From Balanoglossus misakiensis (lineage: Eukaryota; Animalia; Hemichordata): a DNA stretch of 64,000 nt. Made by a program: the position numbers and the translations under genes. The stretch lies in NCBI GenBank assembly GCA_040954595.2, contig CM082586.2, positions 6,310,509 to 6,374,508 on the forward strand, read 5' to 3'. Positions within the stretch are counted from its first letter, which is position 1. Every line of letters starts with the position of its first letter. Below, piece after piece: positions 63,601-64,000 of this stretch. The notes beneath the pieces were generated by a model that ran no database searches, was not told the DNA's origin, and worked only from the letters and a program-made list of their open reading frames with translations.

Positions 63601-63813
63601 CACCTGGTGGGCAGGCACAGGGGCACGGACAGCTGCAGGACCTGGATAGTCGACCAACCGGGAGAAGAGTTCATATTCGTTGACATGCAGATTACGGGGC
63701 AGGCGCACCTGGCCATTGTCCGACCCTGGCCAGACAACGGACAAGACCAGCTGGTCTACACCGAGAAGTCAACGGGAGATGGTTCAGGAATGGTTCATGT
63801 TGGACCCATGCAG
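6252..63813 (+). CDS. Giant secreted glycine-rich repeat protein: 66 exons in window, ~7,160 aa, 3'-incomplete, with discoidin/galactose-binding-like and furin-like inserts
   Basis: Signal peptide MTTRWFVLTGLVCLALGGLTGASG. 66 exons joined manually, each with an AG acceptor, a GT donor (one GC) and a compatible phase. Summed CDS is 21,483 nt, divisible by 3. Recurrent motifs: GGGHGGxGG...YGxxxxPxxFGSGGG...GGGSGGSI...GGGGGGRIA...GGPGT...FEEIQIYGxAHLA...GDRTGxxHVG. Confidence 0.9.
10446..10486. repeat. (AG)n/(AGAC)n microsatellite
   Basis: Seen directly. Confidence 0.9.
13355..13506. mobile_element. Tc1/pogo (Tigger)-like MITE
   Basis: Termini CAGTCAAAC...GTTTGACTG-TA. Related copies at 60121-60297 (opposite orientation) and 54848-55006. 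Confidence 0.7.
14729..14763. repeat. (AC)n microsatellite
   Basis: Seen directly. Confidence 0.9.
17665..18069 (+). CDS. Exon 2 (Gly-rich unit 1)
   Basis: ttcag|...|gtaaaa, phase 1-1; GGYGGRGG...GGGAGGSIFIW...GGRVSV. Confidence 0.9.
18442..18737 (+). CDS. Exon 3 (F5/8 type C/discoidin domain, N-half)
   Basis: ctag|...|gtatat, phase 1-0; TASS...GRL...W...DQYLEAVF...TAIATRG...WVKEY. Confidence 0.9.
18997..19159 (+). CDS. Exon 4 (discoidin domain, C-half)
   Basis: ttcag|...|gtaagt, phase 0-1; VFAGNVD...LDYPVYATKVKIRPKSWQSVISMAMGVYG. Confidence 0.9.
19468..19512 (+). CDS. Exon 5 (45 nt)
   Basis: tttgcag|...|gtaagt, phase 1-1; GTGGHTPETDCQVQD. Confidence 0.75.
19714..19802 (+). CDS. Exon 6
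   Basis: aacag|...|gtaagt, phase 1-0; AETGGPGTLH...LTIDNKG repeat motif. Confidence 0.85.
20080..20125 (+). CDS. Exon 7 (46 nt)
   Basis: tacag|...|gtaatt, phase 0-1; needed to reconcile the phases of exons 6 and 8. Confidence 0.75.
20377..21429 (+). CDS. Exon 8 (Gly-poor beta-repeat region)
   Basis: cacag|...|gtaagc, phase 1-1; long ORF. Confidence 0.9.
22043..22135. repeat. 22 bp minisatellite x4
   Basis: Head-to-tail unit TCCATGTGAAGAACATGTGATA, no spacers. Confidence 0.9.
22596..23152 (+). pseudogene. Decayed (frameshifted) coding repeats inside intron 8
   Basis: Fragments ADKFLIHGKFQAGNLSISVGFEML (22623), SISNTGTSSIVAVG (22702), GTLSAQNPERMEGRSSGGMRSLSVG (22764), LIAETVHIDRTFLAG, SIDGSTENSIWIEELPTNVHR (23025) and GEFYFDIAG (23128) match exon 8-10 repeats in colinear order. 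Confidence 0.75.
23153..23770 (+). CDS. Exon 9 (GW beta-repeats)
   Basis: ttgcag|...|gtagga, phase 1-1; its 5' part is paralogous to the 5' part of exon 10. Confidence 0.85.
24475..25842 (+). CDS. Exon 10 (GW beta-repeats)
   Basis: aacag|...|gtgagt, phase 1-1; long ORF. Confidence 0.9.
26265..26530 (+). CDS. Exon 11 (Gly-rich unit 2)
   Basis: cacag|...|gtaagt, phase 1-0. Confidence 0.9.
27009..27192 (+). CDS. Exon 12
   Basis: tccag|...|gtatgt, phase 0-1; GGGSGGGLWI...GGRINV. Confidence 0.9.
27564..27679 (+). CDS. Exon 13
   Basis: tgcag|...|gtagag, phase 1-0; EPGGPGVTYL...LRVDN. Confidence 0.85.
27842..27902 (+). CDS. Exon 14 (61 nt)
   Basis: aaaag|...|gtatga, phase 0-1; needed to keep frame. 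Confidence 0.7.
28172..28361. mobile_element. ~190 bp MITE with TTAA target site and AGG termini (Kolobok-like)
   Basis: TTAA-AGGTATACGGTCACC...GGTGACTGTATACCT-TTAA. Near-identical copy at 46727-46920. Confidence 0.8.
28441..28625 (+). CDS. Exon 15
   Basis: cgtag|...|gtaagt, phase 1-0; FTHIEIYGGAELA...GDDTGYVSVG. Confidence 0.9.
28658..28750. mobile_element. ~90 bp piggyBac-like MITE (TTAA-CCCTTTCACC termini)
   Basis: TTAACCCTTTCACC...GGTGAAGGGGTTA. Related copies at 34646-34735, 35251-35343, 58829-58909 and a partial near 20259. Confidence 0.65.
28895..29111 (+). CDS. Exon 16
   Basis: gacag|...|gtaagc, phase 0-1. Confidence 0.85.
29536..29663 (+). CDS. Exon 17
   Basis: cgcag|...|gtaagg, phase 1-0; ITIQDGGLF. 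Confidence 0.85.
29945..30173 (+). CDS. Exon 18 (start of Gly-rich unit 3)
   Basis: catag|...|gtaaat, phase 0-1. Confidence 0.9.
30514..30609 (+). CDS. Exon 19
   Basis: tttag|...|gtaagg, phase 1-1; YGLRMEPVDFGSGG. Confidence 0.85.
30800..31000. repeat. ~105 bp tandem duplication in intron 19
   Basis: CCTGGCTTCTGTCTTATTTTGACATTTTA...GCTGCATGTCCCAGTTTCATACGCTATACTC occurs twice. Confidence 0.85.
31014..31168 (+). CDS. Exon 20
   Basis: tacag|...|gtatgg, phase 1-0; GGGSGGSVWV. Confidence 0.9.
31537..31692 (+). CDS. Exon 21
   Basis: aacag|...|gtgaga, phase 0-0; GGGGGGGRIALY...GGAGTVY. Confidence 0.9.
32049..32251 (+). CDS. Exon 22
   Basis: tgcag|...|gtttgt, phase 0-2. Confidence 0.85.
32625..32813 (+). 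CDS. Exon 23
   Basis: tccag|...|gtaagt, phase 2-2; IGDRTGWLHIGPNQ. Confidence 0.9.
33172..33379 (+). CDS. Exon 24
   Basis: tacag|...|gtaaat, phase 2-0. Confidence 0.85.
33746..33920 (+). CDS. Exon 25
   Basis: tctag|...|gtaggt, phase 0-1. Confidence 0.9.
34291..34550 (+). CDS. Exon 26 (Gly-rich unit 4)
   Basis: cacag|...|gtgaga, phase 1-0. Confidence 0.9.
34646..34978. mobile_element. piggyBac-like MITE (34646-34735) next to a degraded Kolobok-like MITE copy (~34732-34978)
   Basis: TTAACCCTTTCACC...GGTGAATGGGTTAA, then sequence similar to the 28172 element (GCCACAGTTAC...GCCAATCACAGATTTTCA...GTGACTGTGTACCTTT). Confidence 0.6.
35019..35220 (+). CDS. Exon 27
   Basis: ctcag|...|gtaaag, phase 0-1. 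Confidence 0.9.
35251..35343. mobile_element. piggyBac-like MITE copy
   Basis: TTAACCCCTTCA...TGAGAGGGTTAA. Confidence 0.6.
35594..35737 (+). CDS. Exon 28
   Basis: ttcag|...|gtactt, phase 1-1; TLMVNNNG...SRAWILP. Confidence 0.85.
35900..36607 (+). CDS. Exon 29
   Basis: cacag|...|gtaagt, phase 1-1. Confidence 0.9.
36638..36745. repeat. (TCAA)n microsatellite with local duplication
   Basis: Seen directly. Confidence 0.85.
36895..40653 (+). CDS. Exon 30 (3,759 nt; Gly-rich units 5-7)
   Basis: tgtag|...|gtaagt, phase 1-1; contains the 1208 aa ORF with three tandem ~410 aa units. Confidence 0.95.
40826..40999 (+). CDS. Exon 31 (Gly-rich unit 8)
   Basis: ctcag|...|gtgagt, phase 1-1; SGASHGGIGGRGG...PYCNLYYPDCFGSGG. 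Confidence 0.9.
41406..41558 (+). CDS. Exon 32
   Basis: tccag|...|gtaaat, phase 1-1. Confidence 0.9.
41564..41745. mobile_element. Degenerate pogo/Tigger-like MITE
   Basis: TA-CAGT left end, internal CCTGTCTA repeats, right end TAGACAGG...TA. Confidence 0.5.
41967..42517 (+). CDS. Exon 33 (includes N-half of a galactose-binding-like insert)
   Basis: catag|...|gtaagc, phase 1-0. Confidence 0.9.
42814..43046 (+). CDS. Exon 34 (C-half of the insert)
   Basis: catag|...|gtaggt, phase 0-2; ...FAMSEIEIF. Confidence 0.85.
43457..43635 (+). CDS. Exon 35
   Basis: cccag|...|gtatgg, phase 2-1; ARTWI...FDETHITGNAQVA...HGDMT. Confidence 0.9.
44052..44200 (+). CDS. Exon 36
   Basis: gacag|...|gtaggt, phase 1-0; GHVHIG...PINIRVYE. 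Confidence 0.9.
44475..44666 (+). CDS. Exon 37
   Basis: tgaag|...|gtaagt, phase 0-0. Confidence 0.85.
44816..44960 (+). CDS. Exon 38
   Basis: tccag|...|gtatgt, phase 0-1. Confidence 0.9.
45214..45354 (+). CDS. Exon 39 (Gly-rich unit 9; alternative in-frame donor after 45378)
   Basis: tccag|; donors gtaata (45355) or gtttga (45379), both phase 1. Confidence 0.8.
45733..45897 (+). CDS. Exon 40
   Basis: ttcag|...|gtttgt, phase 1-1; GGAGGGALKI...DGTITANG. Confidence 0.85.
46345..46518 (+). CDS. Exon 41
   Basis: tccag|...|gtaaaa, phase 1-1. Confidence 0.9.
46727..46920. mobile_element. Kolobok-like TTAA MITE, second intact copy
   Basis: Same TIRs and body as 28172-28361. Confidence 0.8.
46980..47400 (+). 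CDS. Exon 42
   Basis: gatag|...|gttggt, phase 1-2. Confidence 0.9.
47481..47619. repeat. ~70 bp tandem duplication
   Basis: AAATATGAATCCTATGG...CCAATATTCATGACTC occurs twice. Confidence 0.9.
47886..48214 (+). CDS. Exon 43
   Basis: tctag|...|gtgaag, phase 2-1. Confidence 0.9.
48352..48480 (+). mobile_element. Possible Helentron-associated (HINE/DINE-1-like) element fragment
   Basis: TTAATTAGTCCC...GGGGCTA short inverted repeat followed by a GTCY/TTCA microsatellite. A similar TTATTAGTCCCC start lies at ~15277. Confidence 0.35.
48526..48753 (+). CDS. Exon 44 (Gly-rich unit 10)
   Basis: ttcag|...|gtaaaa, phase 1-1. Confidence 0.9.
48913..49089 (+). CDS. Exon 45
   Basis: gaaag|...|gtcagt, phase 1-1. 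Confidence 0.9.
49137..49295. mobile_element. hAT-like MITE
   Basis: TIR (T)AGTGTGCCCTCTAA / TTAGAGGGCACACTG. Flanks GTGTCAAC / GTGACAGC resemble a decayed 8 bp TSD. Confidence 0.65.
49549..50035 (+). CDS. Exon 46 (includes N-part of a second galactose-binding-like insert)
   Basis: tgcag|...|gtatgt, phase 1-2. Confidence 0.9.
50184..51184. mobile_element. ~1 kb non-coding element: 142 bp terminal hairpin plus a body flanked by 35 bp inverted repeats
   Basis: Palindrome 50184-50325 centred on GAGGCGAAGCCGAG; inverted repeats at 50326-50360 and 51150-51184. Confidence 0.7.
51365..51512 (+). CDS. Exon 47
   Basis: tacag|...|gtaaat, phase 2-0. Confidence 0.85.
51804..51968 (+). CDS. Exon 48
   Basis: ttcag|...|gtgagg, phase 0-0; YAGMNEIEVY. 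Confidence 0.85.
52490..52718 (+). CDS. Exon 49
   Basis: tgcag|...|gtaaga, phase 0-1. Confidence 0.9.
53092..53282 (+). CDS. Exon 50
   Basis: cacag|...|gtaggt, phase 1-0. Confidence 0.85.
53641..53743 (+). CDS. Exon 51
   Basis: aacag|...|gtactg, phase 0-1. Confidence 0.75.
54257..54685 (+). CDS. Exon 52 (Gly-rich unit 11)
   Basis: aaaag|...|gtgagt, phase 1-1. Confidence 0.9.
54848..55006. mobile_element. Tc1/pogo-like MITE, degenerate copy
   Basis: TA-CAGTCAAACCTGTC left end; body shares TGGCCACTATAGAC with the 60121 copy. Confidence 0.55.
55043..55669 (+). CDS. Exon 53
   Basis: tacag|...|gtgagt, phase 1-1. Confidence 0.9.
55719..55885. mobile_element. Kolobok-like TTAA MITE, diverged copy
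   Basis: AGGTATATAGTCACC...GGTGACCATGTACCTTTAA; body like the 28172 copy. Confidence 0.7.
56012..56269 (+). CDS. Exon 54
   Basis: cccag|...|gtttga, phase 1-1. Confidence 0.85.
56418..56523. repeat. Inverted repeat (30 bp arms), MITE-like
   Basis: ATAATTGTGTTTCTAAGAAAAATCTGACAT / ATGTCAGATTTTTCTTAGACACACAATTAT. Confidence 0.7.
56626..56960 (+). CDS. Exon 55 (Gly-rich unit 12)
   Basis: aacag|...|gtatgg, phase 1-0. Confidence 0.9.
57354..57566 (+). CDS. Exon 56
   Basis: ttcag|...|gtaaaa, phase 0-0. Confidence 0.9.
57883..58140 (+). CDS. Exon 57
   Basis: tgcag|...|gtttgt, phase 0-0. Confidence 0.9.
58509..58818 (+). CDS. Exon 58 (GC donor)
   Basis: ttcag|...AAG|gcaagt, phase 0-1. Confidence 0.8.
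59209..59438 (+). CDS. Exon 59 (Gly-rich unit 13)
   Basis: tctag|...|gtgaga, phase 1-0. Confidence 0.85.
59901..60054 (+). CDS. Exon 60
   Basis: attag|...|gtcagt, phase 0-1. Confidence 0.9.
60121..60297. mobile_element. Tc1/pogo-like MITE
   Basis: AGTCAAACCTGTG...TGGTTTGACTG-TA; reverse-orientation relative of 13355-13506. Confidence 0.7.
60534..60745 (+). CDS. Exon 61 (furin-like Cys-rich insert)
   Basis: aacag|...|gtcagt, phase 1-0; CVPDCSICDSERRCLQCTNYKYWRDSNCISDC...YC. This frame is not listed in the ORF track. Confidence 0.85.
61058..61559 (+). CDS. Exon 62
   Basis: gatag|...|gtgaat, phase 0-1. Confidence 0.9.
61871..61980 (+). CDS. Exon 63
   Basis: tgcag|...|gtaaca, phase 1-0. Confidence 0.85.
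62153..62335 (+). CDS. Exon 64
   Basis: cgcag|...|gtgaag, phase 0-0. Confidence 0.85.
62475..62570. repeat. Imperfect palindrome in intron 64
   Basis: AAAACTCGCCAAAATGAATAA / TTATTCATATTGGCGAGATTTT with weaker outer arms. Confidence 0.6.
62620..62734 (+). CDS. Exon 65
   Basis: tttag|...|gtgagt, phase 0-1. Confidence 0.85.
63053..63813 (+). CDS. Exon 66 (Gly-rich unit 14; gene continues beyond window)
   Basis: cccag|...|gttagt, phase 1-0; ends mid-unit at GDGSGMVHVGPMQ. Confidence 0.9.
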
Positions 63814-64000
63814 GTTAGTATTCTATCACTACCACTCATGTGATATAGAAAGTACAGGTATATAGACAAGTTCAGCTTTCAGTGATGATCTCTATGTGTA
63901 AAAGTAACAGTACAGGGTCATCGGTACTTGCAGTCATATTGGATTGCATTGCAAAACAAATTGGCATTCAAATTGCATCATACCTTACAGTACATACAAG

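Noticed and set aside
17665-63813. Calling the protein collagen, PE-PGRS, tenascin or ALK/LTK
   Set aside because: No Gly-X-Y periodicity, PE domain, EGF/FN3 arrays, kinase or TM segment in the window; the similarity is only Gly richness or a possible PGII fold.

Overview
Eukaryotic (metazoan) genomic DNA with AT-rich introns, GT-AG splicing, microsatellites and many short non-autonomous DNA transposons. A marine invertebrate origin is an inference, not shown. One very large + strand gene dominates the window. It starts at ATG 6252 with a signal peptide, has an 11 kb first intron, and I could join 66 exons by hand up to 63813 with consistent intron phases. That gives about 21.5 kb of CDS (about 7,160 aa) with no stop codon reached, so the gene continues past the window. 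The protein has 14 copies of a ~400 aa unit that alternates polyglycine segments with short beta-strands. It also has a block of Gly-poor ~100 aa 'GW' repeats, and small domains inserted in loops: one F5/8 type C (discoidin) domain, two divergent galactose-binding-like domains and one furin-like Cys-rich repeat. Introns 8 and 9 contain decayed copies of the flanking coding repeats, and their splice sites fall at the same repeat position, which suggests intron birth from former exon sequence. Other points: a likely GC-AG intron, an intron flanked by a 9 bp direct repeat, a ~1 kb element with a GCGAAGC-capped hairpin, and many TACATGTA motifs resembling Tc1/pogo excision footprints. Bases 1-2499 probably hold the 3' small exons of another gene. 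No CRISPR array, rRNA or tRNA was seen.
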